From the NCBI GenBank assembly GCA_037447435.1, contig JBBIGR010000028.1, positions 1 through 64,000 on the forward strand: a DNA stretch of 64,000 nt, in the 5' to 3' direction. A program made the position numbers and the translations under genes. Shown here in pieces: positions 9,138 through 18,887 of the stretch; within the stretch, counting starts at the first letter, position 1, and each line of letters opens with the position of its first letter. The DNA is from Fibrobacteria bacterium (lineage in GTDB: Bacteria; Fibrobacterota; Chitinivibrionia; Chitinivibrionales; FEN-1185). The notes beneath the pieces are model-generated. The model ran no database searches and was not told the DNA's origin. It was given only the letters and a program-made list of their open reading frames with translations.

Positions 9138-10238
9138 CTATACGGGTTTTTCGATGACACTCGTCAATCGTTGCAACTGCCGTTCCCAGCGGTTACGCAT
9201 TGCGGTTGAAAAGGCTTGCCTTCGCAATTCGAGGCAGCCGGTTTTGTCCGTAATATACGGAAGCATTTTTTGCGCGTCGGCCGCGGGATTGTTTCCGTCA
9301 AGTACAATACCGTTATGTTTGTCTTGCACGAACTCGATGGTCGAAGGAATGTTTGAGGTGAAAACGATTGCCCCATACGACATCGCTTCCACTATGGCAA
9401 GCGAGTGGCCGCCTTCATACCGGGACGAGGAAATAAAAAACGGGCATCGGCAATACCATGTTTCCATTGCTTCGAACCGCTCGTCGCCCATGTTAAAAAC
9501 ACAGTTTTCCATTTTACGCTGCAAAACCTGCGGCGGAACCCCATGAATGCCGGTGCCGACAAGATATAACTCCGCCTCGGGAAACGTTTCATGCACTTTG
9601 CTGAATACGTCAAGCGTATATTCAATGTTCTTTTTCCACGAAAACCAACCCACGCAAAGAAAATTCAACGGCCGGTCGGCGGCACGTTCCCAAAAAGGAT
9701 ATTCGCGGACCTGCACGCCGTTCGGCACAAACCGCAATTTGCGCCGGCATTGCGGATATTTTTTTTCCAACCATGCTATTTCGGCAAACGTCCCGCTCAT
9801 GCAAATCGTGCACGCCCAAAGCATTAACCTTAAAAGCGGGAACCGGGCGAGTTTTGCCTTCCAGGTGGTCTGCGGAACGACGTCGATTCCCTTCGGCAAG
9901 TTGCGTTCCACTTCGTAGACATATTCTTCCCACCCGTGATTATGAAGTATAGTCCGCGTTGACAACCGAAACACCTTGCAGGCAAGCGCGCAGAATACGC
10001 CGTCGAACGACCGTGCGACTATCCAATCGGGACGTTTCCGGGAAAAAAGCAGTCGCCAGCACAATTTTACCGGAAACACAAACTGATGACCTGCAAAGCC
10101 ATGAGAATCATTGAAAATAAACGTGACCTTATGGCCCCGCTGCTTAAGACCTGCGGCAAAACCGTGTTTATTGCGATTTACTCCGCCGTAAGAATTGGAA
10201 GGTATGGACGCTGCAAACCAGATGTTCATTTTTTTCAT
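9138..10238 (-). CDS. Glycosyltransferase family 4
   Basis: VPNGV, KKNIE and SSRYEGG.SLAIVEAMSYG (EX7E-like) motifs; start trimmed to MKKMNIWF. Confidence 0.88.
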   Translation of the reverse strand: MKKMNIWFAASIPSNSYGGVNRNKHGFAAGLKQRGHKVTFIFNDSHGFAGHQFVFPVKLCWRLLFSRKRPDWIVARSFDGVFCALACKVFRLSTRTILHNHGWEEYVYEVERNLPKGIDVVPQTTWKAKLARFPLLRLMLWACTICMSGTFAEIAWLEKKYPQCRRKLRFVPNGVQVREYPFWERAADRPLNFLCVGWFSWKKNIEYTLDVFSKVHETFPEAELYLVGTGIHGVPPQVLQRKMENCVFNMGDERFEAMETWYCRCPFFISSSRYEGGHSLAIVEAMSYGAIVFTSNIPSTIEFVQDKHNGIVLDGNNPAADAQKMLPYITDKTGCLELRRQAFSTAMRNRWERQLQRLTSVIEKPV

Positions 10239-10351
10239 CTCGATTAAAATAGGATATGGCTCGGCAATCCGGGACGTCGTTGGGAAGCTCCTTAAAATTG
10301 TACCATTATCAATGTACATTTTCAGGAGAATATTGCGGTTATAAAAAAAAA

Positions 10352-11026
10352 TTATTCCGTTGAAGGATGCTGCGGTAAAACCGGGGACAAAATATCCGAG
10401 TCGTTTTTCTTGTTCATGTATTTCCAAATAAAAAATCCGCCGACCACGATGCCGGTCACGCCGGCAACCGAAATTGCGGTGACGATATTGTTCGGAGAGG
10501 ATTTCTGCTTTTGAAAGTAGAATTCATTGCGTTTGGTTTTGTTGCTGGGCCAATTAAACCCTAACACTATTTCCGTTCCGTCGTCGTGTACCGCCATTCC
10601 GTTCGTATTGACAATGGGGTCGCATTTGACGGTCGCGACGGTTACCGAATACAATACGGGCAACATGCCTTTTATTTCCTGATTGATATTGATAAAATCC
10701 TCATGGATCAAAACCGATTTGAGCGGCCCTATCCCTATTTTTTGCAACGTATCGGGAATGACAAAACCGCCGCATCTGGCATGCTTCATGGTCAATACCA
10801 CTTTTTTTTCCTGCTGATTGATATCGTAAAAATATTGCGGCACCTTTTTGTTGAAGGTGAAACGGCATTCAATAATCGAATCGCCGCCGACGATTTTTAC
10901 CCCAAAGTTCGTATTCATCAATAATGCGACGCTGTCTGCGACCGCGCCGGAATCCGATTCCTGGCCGAATACGATGCCGTAAAACAAAAAACTCAAACAG
11001 AAAAAAGAATATCCCCATTTACTCAT
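10352..11026 (-). CDS. Hypothetical protein with signal peptide and C-terminal membrane anchor
   Basis: N-terminal signal; C-terminal hydrophobic helix followed by KYMNKK. Confidence 0.7.
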   Translation of the reverse strand: MSKWGYSFFCLSFLFYGIVFGQESDSGAVADSVALLMNTNFGVKIVGGDSIIECRFTFNKKVPQYFYDINQQEKKVVLTMKHARCGGFVIPDTLQKIGIGPLKSVLIHEDFININQEIKGMLPVLYSVTVATVKCDPIVNTNGMAVHDDGTEIVLGFNWPSNKTKRNEFYFQKQKSSPNNIVTAISVAGVTGIVVGGFFIWKYMNKKNDSDILSPVLPQHPSTE

Positions 11027-11035
11027 AGTTGGTCC

Positions 11036-13483
11036 TTATTTGGGCATGACGACGCGTTGCGTGACAAACACGGAGCTACTTTTGGAAACGCCTGCCCATT
11101 TTAGTATATAAACGCCCGACGGAACAAAGCAGGAAAATTGCTGCGCAAGCATGTCGCCGTTTGTCCGCTTTTTTACAAAAGATGAAACAACGCATTTTCC
11201 CTGTACGTCGAACACCGACATCCGATAGTTTACCATATCTGAAATGTTACGAAGCGACACGCACAGCATCCGGTTTTTAACCGTATACGTCAACTTCGGC
11301 TGCACAATTTCCGTTTTTACCAACGCTTTCCTAAAATACGAATCGAGCTGGTCCGAAGTCCCGGCTGCAAGTAAAATCCCGGCATTGCCGGCTTCCACCG
11401 GGAAATTGTCATTGATTACAACATATCCTTCGCCTTGCTTTTGCATCAATCGACATTCGATATTTTTATTCCCGTACAATAAGGCGGCACGCACTGTCAC
11501 CGAAAGCGGACCGCTGCTTTGATTGTCTATTTCCAGGGGAAACAGCGCGGGTTGTTGCCCATATGCCGGATAAATCGATATCGATCCTTTTTTGCCGAGA
11601 TCCGGATTTTTGATCAGAACCGTTGCGGATGAAAAGGAAGGAGGCGCCGGATACAAAACAGGGTTTTTTATGCTGCTGTTCGTTCCGCAATACGCGGTTC
11701 CCAGTTCTTTCTTGCCGCTTGTCGCCGTAATTTTTATGCAATAGCCGTCGGATGCTTTTGTTTTGACAAGTCCGTTTGTCGCGCTTTGGTTCTGCATCGA
11801 AAGGGGTATCGGCGGAAAGCGAAGCGACACTGCGGTGTCGAAGGGATTATATACCGTATAGCCGTTTCCATTTCCCGAATAAAGCGTATCGGTCAATGAG
11901 TCGTTTTCGATATTTTTACTTCCGTAAACAAGCGACGGATAATACGTGCGATGAAACGGATCGGCAACCCATCTGTACATAATCAGATTTTCGGCAGCCG
12001 GACCGGATGCGTTTATTACCGAGGCGCGCGGCATATCGAACCCGAACGGTATGGAAATATCGGTCCAATTTTTCGGCGATAGCGATATGGTAAAAGGGGC
12101 TTTCAACGAAACCGTCGTTCCTTTGCCGAAATCGATATTGGTCGGTTTCTCGGTTATCATCCAAAAAAGGGCGCCGGGACGGCACTGGAAAACCGAATCG
12201 CGCGATTTCGAATATTCGACCCATCCGTTTACATTTCCGGAATTTTCGGGAAGCCATTTGAAAATCCTGAATTTGCTTTGGTCGTACGACGAAGAAGTAT
12301 TGAAAACCGGTTGCAGGCATGAACTCATCGCATAATTTTCCGGAACGATCGTCGAACCGACGGGGACTATGGAATTCTCGGGCGTCATCATCGCGTCCGA
12401 ATGCGTTCTGGTTGCGCGGCGGGAAAGATTTATCGTGTCGGTTGTCGTACCGTCGGACACGATGCAAAATGCGCGCATACCTGCGGCCTGTGCTCCCCAC
12501 GCCGCAATCGTACCGGTTATCCTTCCCGATTTTCCGTCTATCGTTCCAGATGCGGCCGGTGAAGAAATGCTTTTTCCTCCCTGCGCGCAAAAATACGCGT
12601 AGGTAAGGTTTACGCCGTTATCGCTCACGTCGATCGTATCGCCGATCGGCACCGAATCGATGCACGTTGACGTATCCGAAACGACCCGCACGGTCGGCGC
12701 CACGGTATCCTCAAGGACGACATAGGGGAAAACGAAATCGCTTGTCTTGCAAACGATACGCTTATGGGCGCTGTCGAGCGCCGCATTTCGTTGCACGATC
12801 AAGGCGCCCAAAGAATCTTTATAAAGCCGGATTTTATTGAGCGACCCTGCAGGAATCGAATCATTGCATCGCAAAGCCATAAAAATCGCCGGAGACGGTT
12901 CGGGCAGTAAAAATCGTACGCCCGCGCCGCGTGAAATAAACCCGTTATGCGATTTTTCGGCAGGCATATACGACACGACCGTATCATTATGCGGAAAAAG
13001 TCCCAACGGATAATCGGAACCTTTCCACAATGCGAGCCTGCCTTCCAACGCTTTGACGGTATCGTTTTTTGTCGGAAGAAAAAACGATATCGGTTGTTTA
13101 TACGGCGACGAGACCGTCACTTTTGCCGTGGACAATGAGTCGGGTTTTATCCATACGCCTTGCCGCTTTGTCCACAAAGAAACGGTATATGCGGTATCGA
13201 ACGTCGCATCGGTAATCGCAAACGTCGTATCGCCGGAAAGCGCCGTGCAACGGAACATGGTCCGCGGCGTACTGATTGCGCCCGAAATAACCGTTGCGGT
13301 AATTCCCGCATACACTTCGTCGCTTAACACAATGGAATCGGCAACCCACGAAAGATCGACGGTAAGGTTTTTCCGGTCGAAACCGCATTTCGTGATGCTC
13401 AGTTTCGATTCGCGATTGTCCGATAGTCCCGCATATACCATGGATGCGGATAGTATTGCAATGAACGCTGCGTTCCGTATCAT
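11036..13483 (-). CDS. Large secreted protein with T9SS/FlgD-like C-terminal sorting domain
   Basis: Signal peptide; tail SVFDVQGKCV...PSGVYILK; 4-bp overlap with upstream gene. Confidence 0.75.
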   Translation of the reverse strand: MIRNAAFIAILSASMVYAGLSDNRESKLSITKCGFDRKNLTVDLSWVADSIVLSDEVYAGITATVISGAISTPRTMFRCTALSGDTTFAITDATFDTAYTVSLWTKRQGVWIKPDSLSTAKVTVSSPYKQPISFFLPTKNDTVKALEGRLALWKGSDYPLGLFPHNDTVVSYMPAEKSHNGFISRGAGVRFLLPEPSPAIFMALRCNDSIPAGSLNKIRLYKDSLGALIVQRNAALDSAHKRIVCKTSDFVFPYVVLEDTVAPTVRVVSDTSTCIDSVPIGDTIDVSDNGVNLTYAYFCAQGGKSISSPAASGTIDGKSGRITGTIAAWGAQAAGMRAFCIVSDGTTTDTINLSRRATRTHSDAMMTPENSIVPVGSTIVPENYAMSSCLQPVFNTSSSYDQSKFRIFKWLPENSGNVNGWVEYSKSRDSVFQCRPGALFWMITEKPTNIDFGKGTTVSLKAPFTISLSPKNWTDISIPFGFDMPRASVINASGPAAENLIMYRWVADPFHRTYYPSLVYGSKNIENDSLTDTLYSGNGNGYTVYNPFDTAVSLRFPPIPLSMQNQSATNGLVKTKASDGYCIKITATSGKKELGTAYCGTNSSIKNPVLYPAPPSFSSATVLIKNPDLGKKGSISIYPAYGQQPALFPLEIDNQSSGPLSVTVRAALLYGNKNIECRLMQKQGEGYVVINDNFPVEAGNAGILLAAGTSDQLDSYFRKALVKTEIVQPKLTYTVKNRMLCVSLRNISDMVNYRMSVFDVQGKCVVSSFVKKRTNGDMLAQQFSCFVPSGVYILKWAGVSKSSSVFVTQRVVMPK

Positions 13484-16400
13484 CGTGTTATCCCGATCGT
13501 CGCTGTCAATAATTTCGATTCTTTATGGCCGTCGGTATTAATTATGAGCGTCAGAAGCGCCTGATAAATTCCGGGCGCGGCCATTCTCTTGCTTTTTGTA
13601 TAACCGTTCCAATACACCGTATAATCGTATACCGTTCCGTCCGAAGACCACGACGACGGCATGATATTGTCGTAGTTTTCGTTGTTCACCACACGCCCGC
13701 CTTTAATCAGATTTTTCCATTGATAATCGGTAACCGGGTCCGCGTTGACCGTATTGCCCACGGCATCGTAAATTTTTAAGCGTCCGCCGACCTGCACATC
13801 CGAACCTTTCGGCAGCAACATTTGGAACTTAATGATAAATCCCGCATGATCGCTTTGCACCCACTGCAATGCCGAAGGATTGTGACTCAAATGGAATTCC
13901 CCGGGTTGTTCATGGGCCGATGTCGCCATGCTCGGGTTCGGAGCGACGATCAGTTTGCTTTCCGGACTGCCTTTTAGAAATATTTTCACTTTTCTGTTGT
14001 TAAGATTCGGTGAATTTTGGGCCTTGTCGAAAACCTGGAATGAAAGCGAGTCGGCGCGGAACGATAGATAATGGGACGAAATCAATTCCTTTCCGTTGCT
14101 TGTTTTAAAACTCGCCCGGGAAAGTTCGGTCGGCGCATTGAGGGAATTTATTCCATCGAGCATGGTAAGGTTTTCAAACGTCCCGCTTTGGGTTTTAATC
14201 CATACGAGGAAAAGCTTTTCGGGCATTATGAAATAGGGGACGGAATTCCCGCTTTTATCGGTTATGGGCTCGCTAAATGTAACGGTTACGATGTCTTCCC
14301 GGTGATCGCCGCCCCTGATGTCCTTAACAACAGATAGAATGACCGGGCCGGCGCCGTCGGTTGCGGTTTGCGTAAACGAATCGACGGCCCCGCCGAGCGC
14401 AAACCCTTTATTGTCTAACGTGACCTCCGGTGTCCAATCGGTTTGAAGCGTGGAATCCGCTTGTTTTTTAAGATAAAGTTCGACGGTCTCGCTGTCCGGC
14501 GATACCGAAACGCTGTCTACCGGAAGAACGGTTCCTTCGAACGACACGCCGAAACGGGACGACAAAAACGAATCCCTTTTATAAACGGCCTTGCTGAAAC
14601 CGACCAGTATGCGTTCCAGTTTACCGTCGCCGTCGTCGTCTTTTGTAACCACGGAAACGACCATTGCCTGTGGCCCGACAATGAGCGTATGGAGCGAGCC
14701 TTTCACCGCGGTATCGGCCGCCGATATCGCGACGATAGCGCCTTCCTCGTCGTATTTTACCAGTTGTGAATCTGCCCCGTAAATTATCCTCGAAACCGGG
14801 GCGTAATTTGCGACCGGATGAAGGGTGCCCGTTGTTTTCCACGAGCACTTTTCTTCGCCGCGGACATTGCCGTATGCATCATAGCCCACCGAATACACGA
14901 GCGCACTTTCTTTCGGATATCGCAAAACAAGCGTATCGCGGCAGCAATAATTCGAATGCGCGATCCTGATCGTCGCGAGTGACGCGGGTTTGAGCGAAAA
15001 CGGTGCCGCGATGGCCGATATGCTCCCCAATTTGACGACTATGCTATGTAAACTATCTTTTGCAAACGGGGCATAATATAAAACCAATTCGATCGTGTCC
15101 GATCCGTTATGAAAGCATTGCGACAACCCGCCGCTTATCGGTGACGGAAGCGAAATGTCGGCCTGACCGCTTGCGCATAATACCTTGGGGATGAATTTAC
15201 CGTTTCCATACCCGAGCGAATCGATGTATGCTACCGGCGGTAACGACGTCCCTTTACCGTAACAATAGTCGCCCGGTACGAGCCCGTCTTTATTGTAAAT
15301 TCTCACCACGGCTTTTAATTTTTGACCCGCTATACAGTTTTCGTCCACGGTAAGCATGCTGAATTCCGCATGGACCGGATCGCCGACGGTGATGATGGTT
15401 TTTACCGTATCGGCAAGCGTGTCCTTTCCCGCGAACAGCGCCGTGACGGTGCCTTTCCCCGGGCGAATGGGTGAAAATTTATACATTGCCGAATTGTCCG
15501 GCGTCTTTATCAGGCTGTCCGATGTTTTCCAATGCGCCGAAATAGAGACCCAGTCTTTTGAATCGGATCGCAGACCTTGCGCACCGAGAATGGTGTCGTC
15601 ATTGGTCGACATTGTAATGGAATCTATCGCCGCATTGCCCGCCACTATGCGCACGGCCGTATAATGATAGGGCAGCAATTTTACATATGCCGTATCCGGC
15701 ACTAATTTTCCTACGGTATCGCGCACGACAATCCGGCATGTTCCCTGTGAAACGGCCAAATTTTTTTGGATTATTCCTTCCCCCGGAAAAGCCCCCCGGC
15801 TAATAGACACGATGGAATCTGGGCAAACCCATTGCAGGCTTCGCGCGGTATCGACAAAGTTTCCCAACGAATCCCTGACAAGCGCCCATGCTTCTTCGGA
15901 TACGCGGTCGTCAGGTATTTCCAATGTGTCTATTTCATTGGGACCGTACGGAGATCGCTGCCAATCTGCGGAGGTTTCAATATGCAACCCATACGGTTTA
16001 CCGGGCAATACGGATATCGCGAGCGTATCGGATAAATTTTGGAATGCAACGCGAACGCTCACCTTTCGCCGGGCGCGTTGGGGAAAAAAGGTCGTCGAAC
16101 TGCCGGAGTATTTGTCAAGATGCCCAGCGGAATCGCCCGACGCAACCGATGCCGAATCGTCGGAAAGCGTCCAGCTAAAACCGCTTTGGCTCAGTGTTTT
16201 GATCGGATAGTTATGCGCGTCGAATACTCTGGCAAAAAGGGCCAGCGGGCTTCCGGCCAATACCGTCGTATCGGAAGAAAATGCCGTACCTTTTTCCGTA
16301 TAGCACAATACCGACACCGGCGCTCCCGGAACAACCGTGAGCGGCAGGCTTTTCTTCAGAGTTCCTTGATAAATTATAGACACCGTTCCGCTTCCCGTGT

Positions 16401-17991
16401 CGCTGGGGCAAAATCCGACCGAATCGCCCGGAATAGTCCTGCTAAAATTCCACGGGCTCGATTGCCATTGCGTTTTAACCCGTTCCCAAACGTTATTATC
16501 TACCCTTTGACCCATGGCTACAAACGAAGTGCATTGGTCCATGGTAAGTTTGCAGGCGCTGACCGGCACCGGGGCGTTATTGACAAAGACGCAAAACCGC
16601 AGGTCTTTGTAGTCTGCCGCGACCACGTTCACGGTTACCGTGTCCCGCAACGTATCGGCCCCTGTCGCGGCCGAGGCAATCACCAATATGCTGCCGCTGC
16701 CGCTCACCTTCTTAACGATTCCCTCTCCCTTAGCAACATTGCCCGAAACGACTTTTGCGACCCCGGCCTTCATATTCGGCCGGGAAGAGTGAGAAGAAGT
16801 ATCCCAGCCGACCGATGCGGGAAATCCTGCGAAATTTCCCAAACTGTCCCGGAAGAACGCATATAACGACCGGGACGTATCGTTGGAAGGAATCTGTTCC
16901 AACGTATCCTGAACCATTTGATGCAACCTGAAACCGGGGGAAGCGGTATCGGCACGCGATTCAATGGAAACGACATACGGCTTTCCCGGATCGACATATA
17001 TCGTTTTGTTTACTCGAAGCGTATCGCCTTTTGCAACATTGGGAAATGATGCGGCAACGGTAAATTTTTCAAATGCGGTGCGGGCCGCAAACACAACGGA
17101 ATCTTTTCGACCCGGGATTTTTATCAGGCTGTCGTTTAATACCGCATTTCCGGAACATGTCCACCGCACGAGGGAATCAAATTGCGGACTTCTTACTTGT
17201 ATACCCGCGGAATCCGACCACACTTCCGCTTTATAATGGACAAAATCCCCTGCAAGCGCGGTATCCGCGCCGTTTGCGCGTATCGATCCGTTTTTTACGA
17301 CAACAAGCGAATCGGGTATCGGTTCTACGTTCAAGTCCAAACCCGTGACCCGGAAAATGACGTCGTTAAAATCAAAATCGGAAACCACCAGGGAATCGTG
17401 TCCCGGAATGATCGTATCGCCGCCGTCTTCGAACCCGAACACGATGGTATCATTTTGAGAATTTCCCAAAGCATCCAATCTTCCCGCAACGGCGAACCGA
17501 TGACCGTAGCCTGGGCGCAGCCCGAAATCCCTTGCGACAAAATTGGCATTCGGATACACCGTTTGGTTTTTCGGATCGACACCCGTCCGGTTCTGTCCGG
17601 TAAACCGGGAATATTTTCTTGCATCGCTTTTATATTTAAAAAAAATCTCGGTGCCCGGTGGAATATTGTGTAAATATTGCGTCACGTTAAAACGCGCGGA
17701 ATGTTGGCGGTTGGTAAAAAGCGCCAAACTGGAATCTTTGGTACCGGGAACCATTATGAACAGCGTTCCCGACGTGTCGGCATCCGAAGTATCCATGGTT
17801 ACAATGATCGAATCGTTGGGGTTTTGATAATAAAAGGAAGCCCCGACATACAATCGTGCATTGTCGGAAATATGCCATAAATCAACACGCGACGCGCTGT
17901 CCGGGCTAAAAAGCTCGGTTTGCGCAATAACGAGTCTGAAAAGCAGAATGGCAAAAAGTAAAATGAGATTCGGGCGAAACGTTTTTATCAT
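13480..17991 (-). CDS. 1503-aa secreted multi-Ig protein with DUF4114-like motif and FlgD-like tail
   Basis: Signal peptide; FGFED...DFDFNDVIF motif; repeated RDSLGNF units; tail APNP...IYDAVGN...WNG...APGIY. Confidence 0.75.
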   Translation of the reverse strand: MIKTFRPNLILLFAILLFRLVIAQTELFSPDSASRVDLWHISDNARLYVGASFYYQNPNDSIIVTMDTSDADTSGTLFIMVPGTKDSSLALFTNRQHSARFNVTQYLHNIPPGTEIFFKYKSDARKYSRFTGQNRTGVDPKNQTVYPNANFVARDFGLRPGYGHRFAVAGRLDALGNSQNDTIVFGFEDGGDTIIPGHDSLVVSDFDFNDVIFRVTGLDLNVEPIPDSLVVVKNGSIRANGADTALAGDFVHYKAEVWSDSAGIQVRSPQFDSLVRWTCSGNAVLNDSLIKIPGRKDSVVFAARTAFEKFTVAASFPNVAKGDTLRVNKTIYVDPGKPYVVSIESRADTASPGFRLHQMVQDTLEQIPSNDTSRSLYAFFRDSLGNFAGFPASVGWDTSSHSSRPNMKAGVAKVVSGNVAKGEGIVKKVSGSGSILVIASAATGADTLRDTVTVNVVAADYKDLRFCVFVNNAPVPVSACKLTMDQCTSFVAMGQRVDNNVWERVKTQWQSSPWNFSRTIPGDSVGFCPSDTGSGTVSIIYQGTLKKSLPLTVVPGAPVSVLCYTEKGTAFSSDTTVLAGSPLALFARVFDAHNYPIKTLSQSGFSWTLSDDSASVASGDSAGHLDKYSGSSTTFFPQRARRKVSVRVAFQNLSDTLAISVLPGKPYGLHIETSADWQRSPYGPNEIDTLEIPDDRVSEEAWALVRDSLGNFVDTARSLQWVCPDSIVSISRGAFPGEGIIQKNLAVSQGTCRIVVRDTVGKLVPDTAYVKLLPYHYTAVRIVAGNAAIDSITMSTNDDTILGAQGLRSDSKDWVSISAHWKTSDSLIKTPDNSAMYKFSPIRPGKGTVTALFAGKDTLADTVKTIITVGDPVHAEFSMLTVDENCIAGQKLKAVVRIYNKDGLVPGDYCYGKGTSLPPVAYIDSLGYGNGKFIPKVLCASGQADISLPSPISGGLSQCFHNGSDTIELVLYYAPFAKDSLHSIVVKLGSISAIAAPFSLKPASLATIRIAHSNYCCRDTLVLRYPKESALVYSVGYDAYGNVRGEEKCSWKTTGTLHPVANYAPVSRIIYGADSQLVKYDEEGAIVAISAADTAVKGSLHTLIVGPQAMVVSVVTKDDDGDGKLERILVGFSKAVYKRDSFLSSRFGVSFEGTVLPVDSVSVSPDSETVELYLKKQADSTLQTDWTPEVTLDNKGFALGGAVDSFTQTATDGAGPVILSVVKDIRGGDHREDIVTVTFSEPITDKSGNSVPYFIMPEKLFLVWIKTQSGTFENLTMLDGINSLNAPTELSRASFKTSNGKELISSHYLSFRADSLSFQVFDKAQNSPNLNNRKVKIFLKGSPESKLIVAPNPSMATSAHEQPGEFHLSHNPSALQWVQSDHAGFIIKFQMLLPKGSDVQVGGRLKIYDAVGNTVNADPVTDYQWKNLIKGGRVVNNENYDNIMPSSWSSDGTVYDYTVYWNGYTKSKRMAAPGIYQALLTLIINTDGHKESKLLTATIGITR

Positions 17992-18003
17992 GTGCTGTAA
18001 TTA

Positions 18004-18807
18004 CTATTTCCTTACAATAATAGGATACGATACGGTCTTTTGCCCCTGCATTATCGAAACGAAATACATGCCTGCGGCAACCGATTTAAGGGAAGCGGTC
18101 TTGGTTTGCGACGTTCCTTCGAAATGCCGTATTTCGTGCCCCGAAATATCGTATAGTATTGCTTTGCAATCGGCTTTGTCGCCTCGGAGGCAAAGCCGTA
18201 CTTCGCCGTTTTTATATTCTATTTTGTTCGCAATAACGGCATTCGCTTTTTTGTTGATTATTGCGCTTGCACCGGGATAAATCGCCGCTTCATGGAGGGG
18301 GCACGAGGTGTCGGCGATCAGAGAGCAATCTTCCACGATAACACCGAAGAGTCTGAGCTTCGTCGTATCTGTGGTCAGCTTTCGAAACGTAACGATACCC
18401 AAGCATCCGTCTCCGTCGACGCATTGCGATCCGTCGTCGCTGGTGAGGGAACCGCCCAGCAAAATTTTCGTCGAATCGTCACGCGACCGTTTTACGGAAT
18501 AAAAAATGGAGCCGCCGTTGGCCTCGAGGAAATTGGGGCGTGCGTCGTTTCCCTTTATCGATGAAACATATTTAAGCTTTGCGGTATCGTACGAAACATA
18601 TACCTGAAAATCATACAACTTTTTGGCATTGTGAAGTATTACTCCTACGGAAATAGTACTGTCTTTCTGACATATGCCTACCGAGTCGATGTTTGTCGTA
18701 CTGACACCGCAATCGACAAATAATTCCGCGGCCTTGTTTGGGCCTGCAAGCGAAACTCCGATCATTAATGCCGTTGCAAGAATGACCTTACCTATGGTTG
18801 AATTCAT
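18004..18807 (-). CDS. Cohesin-domain protein with T9SS-like C-terminal domain
   Basis: VGVILHNAKKLYDFQVYVSYDTAKLKY...DGDGCLGIVTF cohesin-like pattern; tail LYDISG...AAGMYFV. Confidence 0.7.
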   Translation of the reverse strand: MNSTIGKVILATALMIGVSLAGPNKAAELFVDCGVSTTNIDSVGICQKDSTISVGVILHNAKKLYDFQVYVSYDTAKLKYVSSIKGNDARPNFLEANGGSIFYSVKRSRDDSTKILLGGSLTSDDGSQCVDGDGCLGIVTFRKLTTDTTKLRLFGVIVEDCSLIADTSCPLHEAAIYPGASAIINKKANAVIANKIEYKNGEVRLCLRGDKADCKAILYDISGHEIRHFEGTSQTKTASLKSVAAGMYFVSIMQGQKTVSYPIIVRK

Positions 18808-18887
18808 TCCGTATTCTCCCGACCAGGGCGACCCTGATTAAAATTTGAAATAGGTGAATTGCTCTATTCATATGCATTTGTCTGCCG